A stretch of DNA of 64,000 nucleotides. Origin: Fibrobacter sp. (GTDB lineage: Bacteria > Fibrobacterota > Chitinivibrionia > Chitinivibrionales > Chitinispirillaceae). The stretch spans positions 18,194-82,193 of the forward strand of contig JAAYPC010000029.1 of NCBI GenBank assembly GCA_012519985.1, read 5' to 3'. Position numbers and translations under genes: made by a program. The notes under the pieces were generated by a model, which was given only the letters and a program-made list of their open reading frames with translations, did not search any database and had not been told where the DNA came from. Below, in pieces: positions 28,041-39,016 of this stretch. Each line of letters opens with the position of its first letter. Within the stretch, counting starts at the first letter, position 1.

Positions 28041-28997
28041 GTGGTATGTTATGTGCTAACAATGGAAATTATGACTAGATTAACCCTGAAATTGATCGGA
28101 TCCATCTTTGATTTACTGCTTGCCACTTTGCCTAATAAAAAGGAATCAATCCAACACCAGAACTCTGCAAAAAGCCAAATCAATAAGTCAGCTCCAAATG
28201 GATGGATCTACAAAGAGATTACTTCTCCTTTCAGTGGTTGCACTCACCGCTACCTATATCATCCTGGTCCAAAAACCAATGCCCCGCTGTTTCTCTTTCT
28301 ACACGGACTTGTCTTCGATGCGCGCAATTTCATTAATCTGTACAAACTTTCCGATACCTGGCAACTCGTTGCTTACGATTTTCCAGAATCAACAGCCATC
28401 TATCGTGGTGATATGAATGATTTCCGTTTCTTAATCGATGACTTTCTGGATACCCTTAATATTGATACCCTGTATCTATGCGGTGTCTCTTTTGGCGGAA
28501 GCATCGCAACCCGCTTTGCAGCCGCTCACCCCCGAAGAGTTATAGCTCTGGTATTAGCCTCCTCCTTTATCATTAATTCCACTACCGGTGACAGAATAAA
28601 AAGCCGTGAACTGGCCCGCTTCTTTTTAAAGCACCCCGATTATAAACTTCACTGGCTTATTCAGAAAATCCTCAAGAGGGCTCTCAATGGCAAAAATAAT
28701 CCCCTTTCTTCTCTAAAGGAGATGATTCAGGTGAAAAATATCGACTGGTACCGCCAGGTAATCCGATCGATCACCACCTGCGAAGGCACCGAAGATGCTG
28801 TAGAAATCAATTGTCCTGTACTTGCACTCAATGGAGATAAAGACCGATTGGTTTCATTGAGTCATGCCCGATCAATACCACAATACATCCCTCATGCCCA
28901 GTTTGACATAATAAAAGGAGCAAATCATGCCATGATGTACTTTCAAGGTGAATATCTTAGCGAAAAAATCCACACATTCTGCTCACAATATCTTTGA
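28041..28997 (+). CDS. alpha/beta-fold hydrolase
   Basis: It has the HG oxyanion block (FLHGLVF), the nucleophile elbow GVSFGG, and a late His (GANHAMM). The start is uncertain (GTG 28041 or ATG 28062). Confidence 0.75.
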   Translation: MVCYVLTMEIMTRLTLKLIGSIFDLLLATLPNKKESIQHQNSAKSQINKSAPNGWIYKEITSPFSGCTHRYLYHPGPKTNAPLFLFLHGLVFDARNFINLYKLSDTWQLVAYDFPESTAIYRGDMNDFRFLIDDFLDTLNIDTLYLCGVSFGGSIATRFAAAHPRRVIALVLASSFIINSTTGDRIKSRELARFFLKHPDYKLHWLIQKILKRALNGKNNPLSSLKEMIQVKNIDWYRQVIRSITTCEGTEDAVEINCPVLALNGDKDRLVSLSHARSIPQYIPHAQFDIIKGANHAMMYFQGEYLSEKIHTFCSQYL

Positions 28998-29087
28998 CAA
29001 CCGTCAAGCGTCCTTGTAACAGCTCCCAGATTTGCTTATTTTTAAACCTGTATATGAACATTTTAACAACTCTTTCGTAATATATTT

Positions 29088-31094
29088 ATGAATTTTAAAT
29101 TAAAATCCGCCTACCAGCCTGCCGGTGATCAGCCAGAAGCAATCGATCAACTGGTTAACGGCCTTCAAAACGAAGTAAAACACCAGGTACTACTGGGTGT
29201 AACCGGCTCTGGAAAAACATTCACCATGGCTAACGTCATCGAACAGGTCCAACTCCCTACCCTGGTCATTTCCCATAATAAGACTCTGGCCGCTCAACTC
29301 TATCAGGAATTCAAAGAGTTCTTTCCGGATAATGCAGTAGAATATTTCGTAAGCTTCTACGATTATTATCAACCAGAAGCCTATATCCCGTCCACCGATA
29401 CCTTTATCGCCAAGACTTCATTGATAAACGATGATATCGACCGACTGCGGCTAAAAGCCACAAGCTCCCTCCTCTCACGCAACGATGTAATCATCGTAGC
29501 CAGCGTCTCCTGCATTTACGGTATTGGCTCCCCCGAAGCCTATCTGGCCTCAAGCATGGTTCTAAAAACCGGACTCACCATCGATAGACGCAAACTGCTC
29601 CTCAATCTGACCGAAATGCAGTATACCAGAAACGACATCGCACTGCAAAGAGCAATGTTCAGAGTAAAAGGAGATATAATCGAAATTCAACCAGCCTATG
29701 ATGAACTGGCCCTGAGAATCGAAACATTCGGAGATCAAATAGAAGCAATTCGAATAATAAGCCCCCTCACCGGTAAGGTACTAAACACTCTGGATGAAGT
29801 CACCATCTTCCCCGCAAAACACTACATGACTACCGGTGTAACCATGGATCAGGCGTTGCAGCAAATTGACAAAGAACTAAAAGAGCAATTGGAAAAATTC
29901 CGGTCTGAAAACCGCCTGCTCGAAGCACAACGACTGGAACAACGCACTCTCTATGACATGGAAATGCTCAGAGAAGTAGGGTATGTAAACGGTATCGAAA
30001 ACTACTCCCGCATTCTGGATGGCAGACCAGCAGGAAGCAGACCATACACCCTGATCGACTTCTTTAAAAAGCCTTACCTGCTCATCATCGATGAATCACA
30101 CGTCTCCATTCCACAGATCCAGGGAATGTACAACGGCGACCTCGCCAGAAAAAAAACACTGGTCGAACATGGATTCCGTCTCCCTTGTGCCCTCGATAAC
30201 CGACCCCTGAGATTCAATGAATTCGAAAACCTGCTCGATTCGGTCATCTATGTCTCAGCAACACCAGGAGATTACGAACTACGTAAAAGTGAAGGCCTCT
30301 TTGTAGAACAGATCATCCGCCCCACTCACCTGGTAGACCCTCCTATCGAGATCAAACCTGCAATTAATCAGGTCGACGACCTCATTGAACAACTCAGAAT
30401 AACCGTCCAGCAAAAACAAAGAGCCCTGGTTACTACTCTAACCAAAAAAATGGCCGAAGACCTCACCGAATATCTGGAATCACTGGACTTCAAAGTTCGC
30501 TATCTGCACTCAGAAATCGATACACTCGAGCGCACCGAGATTCTCAGAGACCTCCGACTTGGCTCCTTTGACATCCTCATAGGCATAAACCTCCTCAGAG
30601 AAGGACTGGATCTGCCCGAAGTAGCTCTGGTCACCATTCTGGATGCCGATAAAGAAGGCTTCCTCAGATCCGTACGCTCTATCGTTCAGATCGCCGGAAG
30701 AGCCGCACGCAATATAGACGGAAGAATCATTCTTTACGCTGACAAGATCACCGATTCAATAAAAAAAGCAATGGATGAAAGTAACCGCAGAAGAAATAAA
30801 CAACTTGCCTACAACCAAAAGCATGGCATCACCCCAAAAAGTGTCCAAAGGAAAATCGAAGAAAAGCTCACTTTCTACCAGGAAAGCACCACTCCTGCAC
30901 AAATTCTCACTGCAGCAGAACCGGCACCCTCCTATTCCTCCACAAATACAATCCGCAAATCAAAATCGAAAAAATCCGATAAAACAGAACTGAAACAATT
31001 GGAAAAAGAAATGATGATTGCTGCAAAAAATCTGGATTTTGAAAAAGCTGCACGAATTAGAGACCTGATTGCCACTATAAAAAGTCAGAAATGA
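29088..31094 (+). CDS. uvrB: excinuclease ABC subunit B
   Basis: YQPAGDQPEAI, GVTGSGKT, DESH, the helicase motifs and a C-terminal UVR domain (LEKEMMIAAKNLDFEKAARIRD) are all present. Confidence 0.95.
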   Translation: MNFKLKSAYQPAGDQPEAIDQLVNGLQNEVKHQVLLGVTGSGKTFTMANVIEQVQLPTLVISHNKTLAAQLYQEFKEFFPDNAVEYFVSFYDYYQPEAYIPSTDTFIAKTSLINDDIDRLRLKATSSLLSRNDVIIVASVSCIYGIGSPEAYLASSMVLKTGLTIDRRKLLLNLTEMQYTRNDIALQRAMFRVKGDIIEIQPAYDELALRIETFGDQIEAIRIISPLTGKVLNTLDEVTIFPAKHYMTTGVTMDQALQQIDKELKEQLEKFRSENRLLEAQRLEQRTLYDMEMLREVGYVNGIENYSRILDGRPAGSRPYTLIDFFKKPYLLIIDESHVSIPQIQGMYNGDLARKKTLVEHGFRLPCALDNRPLRFNEFENLLDSVIYVSATPGDYELRKSEGLFVEQIIRPTHLVDPPIEIKPAINQVDDLIEQLRITVQQKQRALVTTLTKKMAEDLTEYLESLDFKVRYLHSEIDTLERTEILRDLRLGSFDILIGINLLREGLDLPEVALVTILDADKEGFLRSVRSIVQIAGRAARNIDGRIILYADKITDSIKKAMDESNRRRNKQLAYNQKHGITPKSVQRKIEEKLTFYQESTTPAQILTAAEPAPSYSSTNTIRKSKSKKSDKTELKQLEKEMMIAAKNLDFEKAARIRDLIATIKSQK

Positions 31095-31105
31095 GTTAAT
31101 CCTTC

Positions 31106-31813
31106 TCACTTCCTGTTTATTAACCGAACAAACACATCCTCCAGAGATTCCCCCTCATGCAACAAATTGGGAATTTCATCCTTTATCAGCAAATGCCCCT
31201 TGTCTATAATAGCTGCAGTGTCACAGATGCGTTCTACTTCTGATAAAATATGCGAATTAAGAAACAGGGTAACTCCTTGCCCCTTCAAATTCTCCAGTAT
31301 CATCCTGAACTCTCGAATCCCAATAGGATCAAGTCCGTTCGTTGGCTCATCAAGAATCAGTATCTGTGGTGAGGCTATAAGCGAAGCTGCCAAACCTATT
31401 CTCTGCATCATCCCTTTGGAATAGGTTCCACAACGACTTCTCTGACGACTCTTCATTCCTACCGTCTCTAATGCCCGGTCGATCGCTTTTTCGGCTTCTT
31501 TTCCACTGAAATCACTTAATCTGGCATGCCTTCGCAGATATTCCCTGCCGGAAAGATATGCCGGCAAATTGATGTTCTCCGGAAGATATCCTATCCCCTT
31601 ACGGGCAGATGGCAACCTGCTGGATATACCGTTAATAAGCACCTCTCCGGAACCTGCCTGCGTAAAATCCAGCAGAATTCGAATAATTGTGGTCTTCCCT
31701 GCTCCATTGGGGCCCAATAGCGCAAAAAAATCTCCAGCAGAGATTTCAAAAGAAACATTCTCCAGCACAGTCAATGCGCCATATCGCTTCCTTACGGATC
31801 GAAACCGTATCAA
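31106..31813 (-). CDS. ABC transporter ATP-binding protein
   Basis: It has Walker A (GPNGAGKTT), the signature motif YSKGMMQR (LSGGQ-like) and Walker B (ILILDEP). Confidence 0.85.
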   Translation of the reverse strand: MIRFRSVRKRYGALTVLENVSFEISAGDFFALLGPNGAGKTTIIRILLDFTQAGSGEVLINGISSRLPSARKGIGYLPENINLPAYLSGREYLRRHARLSDFSGKEAEKAIDRALETVGMKSRQRSRCGTYSKGMMQRIGLAASLIASPQILILDEPTNGLDPIGIREFRMILENLKGQGVTLFLNSHILSEVERICDTAAIIDKGHLLIKDEIPNLLHEGESLEDVFVRLINRK

Positions 31814-31843
31814 TTCAAATACTCCCTATCCAGAAATATTATC

Positions 31844-32485
31844 TCAACCAATGCACAAATCCCTCATATCATTCAGATAATAGGTCGGTGCGATTCTTAA
31901 AGAACCTGGTTCATTAAGACTCCATCTGACAAAAGCAGTGGCCGTTCCTGCTGAATGCCCACATTCAATATCAAAGGTAGAATCCCCGATAAAAAGAGAT
32001 TCTTCTGGTTCACAACCCAGTAACTCCAATGCTTTTAGCGCCGGTTGAGGATCCGGTTTGTGTCGCGAAGTCAATTCCGGAGTTATAAAATGCTCAAAAA
32101 AACTGAATATCCCGGTTTCCTTAAGATAAATATCCAAAGTGGGTCTCATTCGCGATGTTACCACCACACAGCGCCTGCCCCTTTCAGTCAAGTACTTCAG
32201 ACTCTCATGCACTCCACAACAGAGTTTAAGATATTTCTTATAGATGGATAACTGATAGTCCATGTGGATTTTCCTCAGATATCTGAACCGTTCCTCTGTA
32301 AGAGGACCAAAATGGATCTCCATCTGATCACGTAAAGTCATACCAATTGAGCTTAGAACACTCTCCTTATTGAGCCTACCCTTTCCAGCTACTTTCGCCG
32401 TATTAAAATAGCATTGACAGATAAGCTCAGTAGTATCGAAAAGTGTGCCATCTGCATCAAAAAGATAACATGAATAAGCTTTCAA
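31844..32485 (-). CDS. HAD-superfamily hydrolase (phosphoglycolate phosphatase/PpaX-like)
   Basis: It has the DADGTL motif I, TSR motif II and GDSTFD motif IV. Confidence 0.75.
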   Translation of the reverse strand: MKAYSCYLFDADGTLFDTTELICQCYFNTAKVAGKGRLNKESVLSSIGMTLRDQMEIHFGPLTEERFRYLRKIHMDYQLSIYKKYLKLCCGVHESLKYLTERGRRCVVVTSRMRPTLDIYLKETGIFSFFEHFITPELTSRHKPDPQPALKALELLGCEPEESLFIGDSTFDIECGHSAGTATAFVRWSLNEPGSLRIAPTYYLNDMRDLCIG

Positions 32486-32702
32486 ATCTCCCCGTTTCCT
32501 GAACTGTTCACTTGAGTTCCATTGATGAAAAAGTAAAATAGTTTAAATCTTCAAAAAATTCCATTATAGAGATCTACCTGAGTAATGACTCAGGAATTAT
32601 TTTCATGAACTGAAAAAATGACCATAAACAAAAAGGTTATAACTTTTTACTAAAAACATGCCCCGCAGAGGGTACTTCTTGCTTACAACAGGGAAAAACG
32701 AA

Positions 32703-33326
32703 ATGATAACCATAGTTGATTACGAAGCTGGAAATATAACTTCAGTAAAACGAGCTCTGGATTATCTTGGCATCCCTTCCAAAATTTCCCTCGATCCAAA
32801 TGATATTGTTAATGCAGAAAGATTGATATTCCCAGGAGTAGGTCACGCAGCCTCAGCAATGAAAACATTGCAGCAAAGAGGATTGGATATCGCATTGAAA
32901 CAGGCGTTTTCGAGTGGCATACCCATTTTAGGTATTTGTCTGGGTACCCAGATCATTCTTTCTCACTCTGAAGAAGGTAATACCAGTTGCCTGGGACTTA
33001 TAGAAGGTGAATGCCCAAAATTCAGCTTTGAAAACCGATCCTTAAAAATTCCCCATATAGGGTGGAACTCTATTCTTTTACATAAACCTCATCCGGTCCT
33101 TAACAGTTTAATGCCAAATGAAGAGTTTTATTTTGTGCATTCATACTATCCAAAACCTTCTGATGAGAACTCCATTATCGCAGTATGTGAATATGGGATC
33201 TCTTTCTGTGCTGTTATTGCGAAAGCAAATCTCATTGCTACCCAGTTTCACCCGGAAAAAAGTGGGCCTGCTGGCTTAAAAATATTATCTGGTTTCTCTC
33301 AATGGAACGGAACGTATGCTGTGTAA
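32703..33326 (+). CDS. hisH: imidazole glycerol phosphate synthase, glutamine amidotransferase subunit
   Basis: [19 protein letters not shown], the catalytic GICLG block and QFHPEKS are present. ATG 32703 is preferred over the upstream track start. Confidence 0.85.
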   Translation: MITIVDYEAGNITSVKRALDYLGIPSKISLDPNDIVNAERLIFPGVGHAASAMKTLQQRGLDIALKQAFSSGIPILGICLGTQIILSHSEEGNTSCLGLIEGECPKFSFENRSLKIPHIGWNSILLHKPHPVLNSLMPNEEFYFVHSYYPKPSDENSIIAVCEYGISFCAVIAKANLIATQFHPEKSGPAGLKILSGFSQWNGTYAV

Positions 33327-34092
33327 AAGAATCATCTCCTGCCTGGATGTTCGTAATGGCAAACTGGCTAAAAGTGTAAAATTTATAGATACAAAAGACA
33401 TCGGTGACCCCATCGCAACTGCTCAGAAATACTACGAAGAAGGCATAGATGAGCTTGTTTTCTACGACATAACCGCATCCAGTGATAATCGCAACATAAT
33501 GATAGATGTGGTCAGTGAAGTGGCTTCCAGAATTTTTATCCCTTTCTCTGTTGGCGGCGGATTGCGCACTGTGGAGGACTGCACAAAGGTTCGGTTAGCC
33601 GGTGCAGAAAAAGTCAATCTCAATACTGCTGCTGTCAACAATCCTGCTCTGATCACAGCAACATCTGAAGCTTTAGGCGTTCAAGCAGTGGTGCTGTCCA
33701 TGGATGTTCTTGCTGTTCCTGCCTCTGAAAAAATCCCCTCAGGCTATGAAATCGTAACACATGGGGGACGTACAAAAACTGGCATGGATGCAATAGAATG
33801 GGCCAAAACAGGCGAAAAGCTAGGAGCTGGCGAACTGGTCGTGAATTCAATCGATGCAGATGGCACAAAAGACGGTTATGAAATTAACCTCACCCGCATG
33901 ATTGCTGACGCGGTCTCAATACCAGTGATCGCTTCCGGTGGAGGTGGCAAACCAGAACACCTGTATGAAGTTCTGACCCATGGGCATGCTGATGCTGCCC
34001 TGATTGCATCAATGCTTCACTACGGAGAATACACAATAAAACAGATCAAAGATTATCTTAAAAAGCGAGGCATCAAAATCCGTTCGATATAA
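33316..34092 (+). CDS. hisF: imidazole glycerol phosphate synthase, cyclase subunit
   Basis: [26 protein letters not shown] and IASGGGG are present. It overlaps hisH by 11 nt. Confidence 0.9.
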   Translation: MLCKRIISCLDVRNGKLAKSVKFIDTKDIGDPIATAQKYYEEGIDELVFYDITASSDNRNIMIDVVSEVASRIFIPFSVGGGLRTVEDCTKVRLAGAEKVNLNTAAVNNPALITATSEALGVQAVVLSMDVLAVPASEKIPSGYEIVTHGGRTKTGMDAIEWAKTGEKLGAGELVVNSIDADGTKDGYEINLTRMIADAVSIPVIASGGGGKPEHLYEVLTHGHADAALIASMLHYGEYTIKQIKDYLKKRGIKIRSI

Positions 34093-34303
34093 ACCTGATT
34101 CGAACGATTATCATTGCCGGTCTTCCGGTTCGGTTAAAAACAATCCTTTAAAACAGGAGAACCTCAACCTCCTCTCCTGCTTTAACACCTCACTCATTTA
34201 TAACATTCTTCCTGCCAACCCTCTCCATTTTAGAGTTGCGCCACCGCTTCCTGAACTGTAGAATAAATTTTAAAAGTACATTATCTCTTTAAATATTAAT
34301 AAC

Positions 34304-35506
34304 ATGCATATAGCTATAGTCAACTCTGAATATCCATCACCAACCGGTTCCGATCAGGGAGGAATCGCCACTTACACTTATACTCTGGCTAATACTCTTG
34401 CCAGCCAGGGACATAAAATTGAACTGCTGTTAAGAGCAGGAACCACCTCCGAAAAGCTTCATGATTCTGTAACTATTCACTATTACAAGCATAAAACGCC
34501 CGGCAGATTGACCCGGCTTTTAAGATCCCTGAATGACGGCATTACAAACTGGGAAATGGGATGCTCCCAGCATATCCGTGACTTACTGACTAAAATTCAT
34601 CATGAAGGCAATATTGACATAGCTGAATTTCCGGATTACGGCGGACTCGCATTTGCCTGTATACGCTCTCTTCCTTTTCCGGTAGTCATCAATTTTCACA
34701 TGCCGTCTGAAATCGTCGATAAGATAAATCAGACTGAACTCACCAGCTCACGCAAATCCTTTCACAGATTTGAAAGGAAAGCAATCGCTAATGGCCAAGG
34801 CTTCCGATGCCCCAGCATGGCTCTCAAATCAGAAATATGTAAACTTTACGCTCTGCAGCCATCCGATATAATCACCATCCGCAATCCAGTCTCAACATTG
34901 CATTTTGATCGTATAAGTAAAAAGGACAACATGAACCGCTTCGATTTACTTTTCACAGGCAGACTGGAACGCAGAAAAGGAGCCGAAGTGTTGATAAAAG
35001 CACTTCCGTCAATATTGCAATTGGATAAAAGAATTCATTTCACTCTGGTCGGAAATTCTGAACCTGATGGCAAACACTGGTACCGTGAAAAGCTGGAAAG
35101 ATCTCTTTCCGCAGAGCAACGAACCAGAGTATATCTTTCCGGTCCTCTTAATCGTGAAAAATTACCGATATTGTATCGCCGCTCTTCAATATTTCTCTTC
35201 CCATCCATATTTGAAAACGCCCCCTACTCTCTTTTGGAAGCAATGGCAGCACGCTTACCGGTTCTGGCCAGTAGTAGCTGCGGAATAGATGAAATAATAA
35301 AACACAATGAAAACGGTTTACTTTTTAATCCGCAAAATCCGCAAGACCTCATCGAAAAAGTCAAATATGCTTTAACCAATTATCAGCAATGCTGCATGAT
35401 GGCAGAAAACGCTTATAATTTTTTAAAGCAACACCACGATCCTCAAAAAATCGGTGCCCAAACACTGGAATTTTATCAAAAGGTAATCAAAAGTAAAAAG
35501 CCTTGA
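34304..35506 (+). CDS. glycosyltransferase family 4 (GT-B)
   Basis: GGIATYTY lies at the N-terminus. The C-terminal E-x7-E region is ENAPYSLLEAMAARLPVLAS. Confidence 0.8.
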   Translation: MHIAIVNSEYPSPTGSDQGGIATYTYTLANTLASQGHKIELLLRAGTTSEKLHDSVTIHYYKHKTPGRLTRLLRSLNDGITNWEMGCSQHIRDLLTKIHHEGNIDIAEFPDYGGLAFACIRSLPFPVVINFHMPSEIVDKINQTELTSSRKSFHRFERKAIANGQGFRCPSMALKSEICKLYALQPSDIITIRNPVSTLHFDRISKKDNMNRFDLLFTGRLERRKGAEVLIKALPSILQLDKRIHFTLVGNSEPDGKHWYREKLERSLSAEQRTRVYLSGPLNREKLPILYRRSSIFLFPSIFENAPYSLLEAMAARLPVLASSSCGIDEIIKHNENGLLFNPQNPQDLIEKVKYALTNYQQCCMMAENAYNFLKQHHDPQKIGAQTLEFYQKVIKSKKP

Positions 35507-37095
35507 CCTGCAAAACGGAGATCAGATTGGAAAATGTACCCGGAAAACAACTGATAAAAAACTCGGCACTGATCCTGTTCAACACGGGCTTTATGATGCT
35601 CCTATCCTGGGGAATCTCCATCTGGATCGCCCGGAAACTAGGTCCTTCCGACTATGGCATATTCAACCTGGTCCTATGGCTTTCGAATACAGTTACCTGG
35701 GCCATCGGTATGGGCCTGATTCATGCTGTCACCAAATTCATCGCTGAATTCAAGGGCAGAAACAACATTAATTCTCTTAAACCTATCATTTTATATGTTC
35801 TGAGAATCGAACTTATTGTAACAGGCATTTCAACATTGTTGCTCATTTTCCTCAAATCAGAAATTGCAGATTACTTTTTTTCTCCAGATGAATCGCTCTA
35901 CTTTTTTATTGCTGCTCTGGGACTGATTCCAGGAATTATCACCGCCGTGTTTTCTGCTGCTATTGAAGGCATACAGAAATTTGAATACTTTACCTACGCA
36001 AACCTGGTCATCACCCCTGCCTCTTTTATCTCTAAAATTGTAGTTCTTCTGTTAGACAAAGGCATAACAGGACTTCTGATTGTCATGGTCCTCTTTTCCT
36101 GCATCAATGCTTTGTTCTATGGCTATATACTCTATCGTGAAGGTGTTATCAGTGGAAACAATAAAACACTGTCAATGGATATAAAAAAAAGAATCATCTC
36201 CTATAACAAAAGCATTCTGGCCATTATACTGTGCGATAAAATCGTATGGGATAAAAGCGAGAACTTCTTTTTAGGCAGATTCTGTAATGCAATCGAAATT
36301 GGTTACTACAATCTGGGCTACAATCTTACACAGAAATTCATGTCTATCCTCCCCTCTGCCTTCTGGAAAGTTCTCTTTCCGAAAATGTCCTCATATTGTG
36401 GCTCCGGTAACAAAGAGAAAATGAAAAGACTCTTCTACATTTCCACCCGATATCTGGCTTTCTTCTCCTTTCCGGTCGGTACCGCCGGAATAATTCTTTC
36501 TCATCAATTAATTCTCTATCTATACGGAACTGAGTTTTACGGAGCTCAACAGGTCCTCCAGATCATTTTTTTCAGCTCCATCATCTCAAGTCTGGCAAAT
36601 CCAGGCTCCGCTATACTCTATGGCTTCGATAAACAATCATTCATTTATAAATATGGTATGATACTGGCCATTATCAACATAGTGATGGACATCATTCTGA
36701 TAAAACCCTATGGTGCACTCGGTGCGGCTTTCTGTCATAGCATAACCACTATTCTGGGGTCTGTAGGTGGTCTAATCTATACCTGTAAAATTATGAATCT
36801 CACTTTCCCCTTCATCTCAATCCTGAAAATCCTCTGCTCTACCATATTTATGGCTTCTACCATGAAACTATTAATCTTACAAAACGATTCCCTTCCCGGT
36901 TTGATTACTTCTATTATAGCTGGTTGCCTGGTCTATGTCACATCTTCCCTCTTTCTTGCGACTTTCGAAACCGAAGACTCTGCTTTATTAAACAGCTTAA
37001 AACCGTTCCTTCCTCCCCCACTAAGATCACTGGTCTCCTCTTTTGAAAATCTGATAGTCAAAATTAAGAAAAAATCCCCTGTTCCTATAAGATAG
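35503..37095 (+). CDS. polysaccharide biosynthesis protein / Wzx-like MOP flippase
   Basis: The 530-aa polytopic membrane protein has the MOP-flippase pattern. The track start is a TTG overlapping the GT4 stop, so the start is uncertain. Confidence 0.7.
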   Translation: MTCKTEIRLENVPGKQLIKNSALILFNTGFMMLLSWGISIWIARKLGPSDYGIFNLVLWLSNTVTWAIGMGLIHAVTKFIAEFKGRNNINSLKPIILYVLRIELIVTGISTLLLIFLKSEIADYFFSPDESLYFFIAALGLIPGIITAVFSAAIEGIQKFEYFTYANLVITPASFISKIVVLLLDKGITGLLIVMVLFSCINALFYGYILYREGVISGNNKTLSMDIKKRIISYNKSILAIILCDKIVWDKSENFFLGRFCNAIEIGYYNLGYNLTQKFMSILPSAFWKVLFPKMSSYCGSGNKEKMKRLFYISTRYLAFFSFPVGTAGIILSHQLILYLYGTEFYGAQQVLQIIFFSSIISSLANPGSAILYGFDKQSFIYKYGMILAIINIVMDIILIKPYGALGAAFCHSITTILGSVGGLIYTCKIMNLTFPFISILKILCSTIFMASTMKLLILQNDSLPGLITSIIAGCLVYVTSSLFLATFETEDSALLNSLKPFLPPPLRSLVSSFENLIVKIKKKSPVPIR

Positions 37096-37202
37096 CAGCA
37101 ACTTTCTTAACTTCTCCATCATTATGGAACGGCTATAAAGTGTTTTAATCGGTAGCAAACATTTCATAACAAGTAAGGCTGAACGTATTTTATGTGTATA
37201 AT

Positions 37203-38189
37203 ATGAAGCACAGACTCTCAAAGATCATACTGAAAATCATCAGAATTGTTGCGGTCGTACTCCCTTTCATCTGGATCTTATCCAAAATCGAGTTTTCAAA
37301 ACTCATCGCCGCATTTAATGCTATTCAGGGGTGGACCATTCCTCTGACACTCTCCGTAATCCTGATCACCATGTTTCTGCAAGGCTTACGGTGGTGGCTG
37401 CTGCTTCGTGCTTTCGACCAGGATCTGTCATTCACTCAAACTATATCATATCACTTCAAATCCCTGTTCTACTCTCTTGTCCTCCCTACCAGCGCTGCTC
37501 AGGAAGTCGTCAGAACACTTCTGATTGTTAAAAAAACCGGTTCCTCAGTAAGCTGGAGCACTGCATGGATATGTAAAATCACAGGACTTGTCGTCTCATT
37601 CGCCTTCTCTATTTATGGTCTGATCCTTTTATCCGACTCTGCAGTTTCAGCAACACTTGTTAAAGCTGCATTAATCCTTTTTATAGCAATTTGTATTCTG
37701 GTAATCTTCTCCTTTTCCAAAAAGCTGACCAAACCCTTTAGAAACCTGGCCTCAAAAGCCATACCCTCACGCTACCTGTCAAAAGTTGAAAATCTTCGGG
37801 AAGCAATTTATCAATTCAGATACAGGAAAAAATGTGTTCTCCTTACCATATTCATAACCACAATCATTCAATTTCTGTTAATAAGTGTCTCTGCGATGAT
37901 AATTAAAGGAATCACTGGTTCTTTTTTTCCAAAAGAGTGCTTTGCTTATATCCCACTGATTGAAATCATCAGTATGGCGCAACCATTAACTCCAAATGGC
38001 ATGGGGGTCAGAGAAGCTCTGTCTGCCATGATGTTTAAACACCTTGGACTTTCTTCCGAACAATTAGGAGTTTATATCCTGATTTGTAATCTATTAATAT
38101 TGATGAAGCTGGCTGGTGCTGTCCCTATACTCTGGGAAATGATCTTTAATTACACCAACAAAAAGAATTATCCTCGGGTTCCGTCATAA
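37203..38189 (+). CDS. UPF0104 / lysylphosphatidylglycerol-synthase-TM-like (flippase-like) membrane protein
   Basis: It has about 8 TM helices and QGLRWWLLL, which is typical of the family. ATG 37203 is preferred over GTG 37194. The 3' end overlaps the convergent methyltransferase gene by 22 nt. Confidence 0.55.
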   Translation: MKHRLSKIILKIIRIVAVVLPFIWILSKIEFSKLIAAFNAIQGWTIPLTLSVILITMFLQGLRWWLLLRAFDQDLSFTQTISYHFKSLFYSLVLPTSAAQEVVRTLLIVKKTGSSVSWSTAWICKITGLVVSFAFSIYGLILLSDSAVSATLVKAALILFIAICILVIFSFSKKLTKPFRNLASKAIPSRYLSKVENLREAIYQFRYRKKCVLLTIFITTIIQFLLISVSAMIIKGITGSFFPKECFAYIPLIEIISMAQPLTPNGMGVREALSAMMFKHLGLSSEQLGVYILICNLLILMKLAGAVPILWEMIFNYTNKKNYPRVPS

Positions 38190-38929
38190 AAATTCGTCTC
38201 AAAAAAGCGGGAGTTCAGCACTTCTATAAAAGTACCTGATTTCTCGGTTCGCCGAACATCAAAAAAAATTGCGGTGGATAATGAAGGGAACAGTCTGGAA
38301 AACAGGCGAGAACAGACTGCCGGAAAAGGATAAAAACCACTGCCCTTAAATTCCGATAGTTTAAAGTAACCATCACATTCTATAAACTTTCTGAATGATG
38401 GCACAGTAAAACCCCTGACATGAGGTCCAAGCGTTTTTAAACAGGTTGGTTGTTCACCTAATAAAACCGCCAGCCTGTCATGCCACGCAGCAAGGTTTGG
38501 AACACCCACAACCACCATACCATTTGGCTTAATAATCCGGGAAATTTCAGAAAAAACAAAAAATATCTCTTTGAGATGCTCAATAACCTGATTAATAATA
38601 ATGACATCAAAAAAGGCTTCTTCATAGGGAAGAGCTTCTCGCTCAATATCAACTGAACTGACATCTATCCCCCTCTCACGGCATCTGAGGCAATATGGCT
38701 CATAAAACTCAATACCGTAAAGATCACATTCTGCACCACTAACATCACTGACTCTAATCAGATCATCACCGCTGCCACAACCTATATCAAGCACCTTTAT
38801 TTTTTGTAATCCTAAAGAACGGGTATATTCTTTTATAAAATCTGATACTACATCTCGCCCATAAGACAGATATTCAGTATTTCCTTTTAAACGGATACCC
38901 AAACTATACAATTTATTGAATATGCCCAT
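38168..38929 (-). CDS. class I SAM-dependent methyltransferase
   Basis: It has VLDIGCGSGD (motif I) and a Methyltransf_11-like core. ATG 38929 is preferred over TTG 38992. Confidence 0.75.
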   Translation of the reverse strand: MGIFNKLYSLGIRLKGNTEYLSYGRDVVSDFIKEYTRSLGLQKIKVLDIGCGSGDDLIRVSDVSGAECDLYGIEFYEPYCLRCRERGIDVSSVDIEREALPYEEAFFDVIIINQVIEHLKEIFFVFSEISRIIKPNGMVVVGVPNLAAWHDRLAVLLGEQPTCLKTLGPHVRGFTVPSFRKFIECDGYFKLSEFKGSGFYPFPAVCSRLFSRLFPSLSTAIFFDVRRTEKSGTFIEVLNSRFFETNFYDGTRG

Positions 38930-39016
38930 AAATGTGCTTCTTTTTTCTAAAAGTCCATAATCTGTCGTAATTTGCTGCTCTCTGCATGACAAAGTAAAAA
39001 TGGTATTTCTGCGAAA

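Noticed and set aside
31106-31813. Orphan ABC ATPase (no permease gene adjacent) as part of a novel system
   Set aside because: Its motifs are ordinary. It follows a HAD hydrolase and converges on uvrB. The partner permease may simply be encoded elsewhere, and nothing in the sequence suggests a special role.
32577-32604. Terminator-like hairpin CCTGAGT-aatg-ACTCAGG plus AATTATTTTC about 100 nt upstream of hisH, read as a his attenuator
   Set aside because: The hairpin is real, but there is no upstream leader peptide with a run of His codons and no obvious alternative antiterminator pairing. It may be an ordinary 5'-UTR structure.
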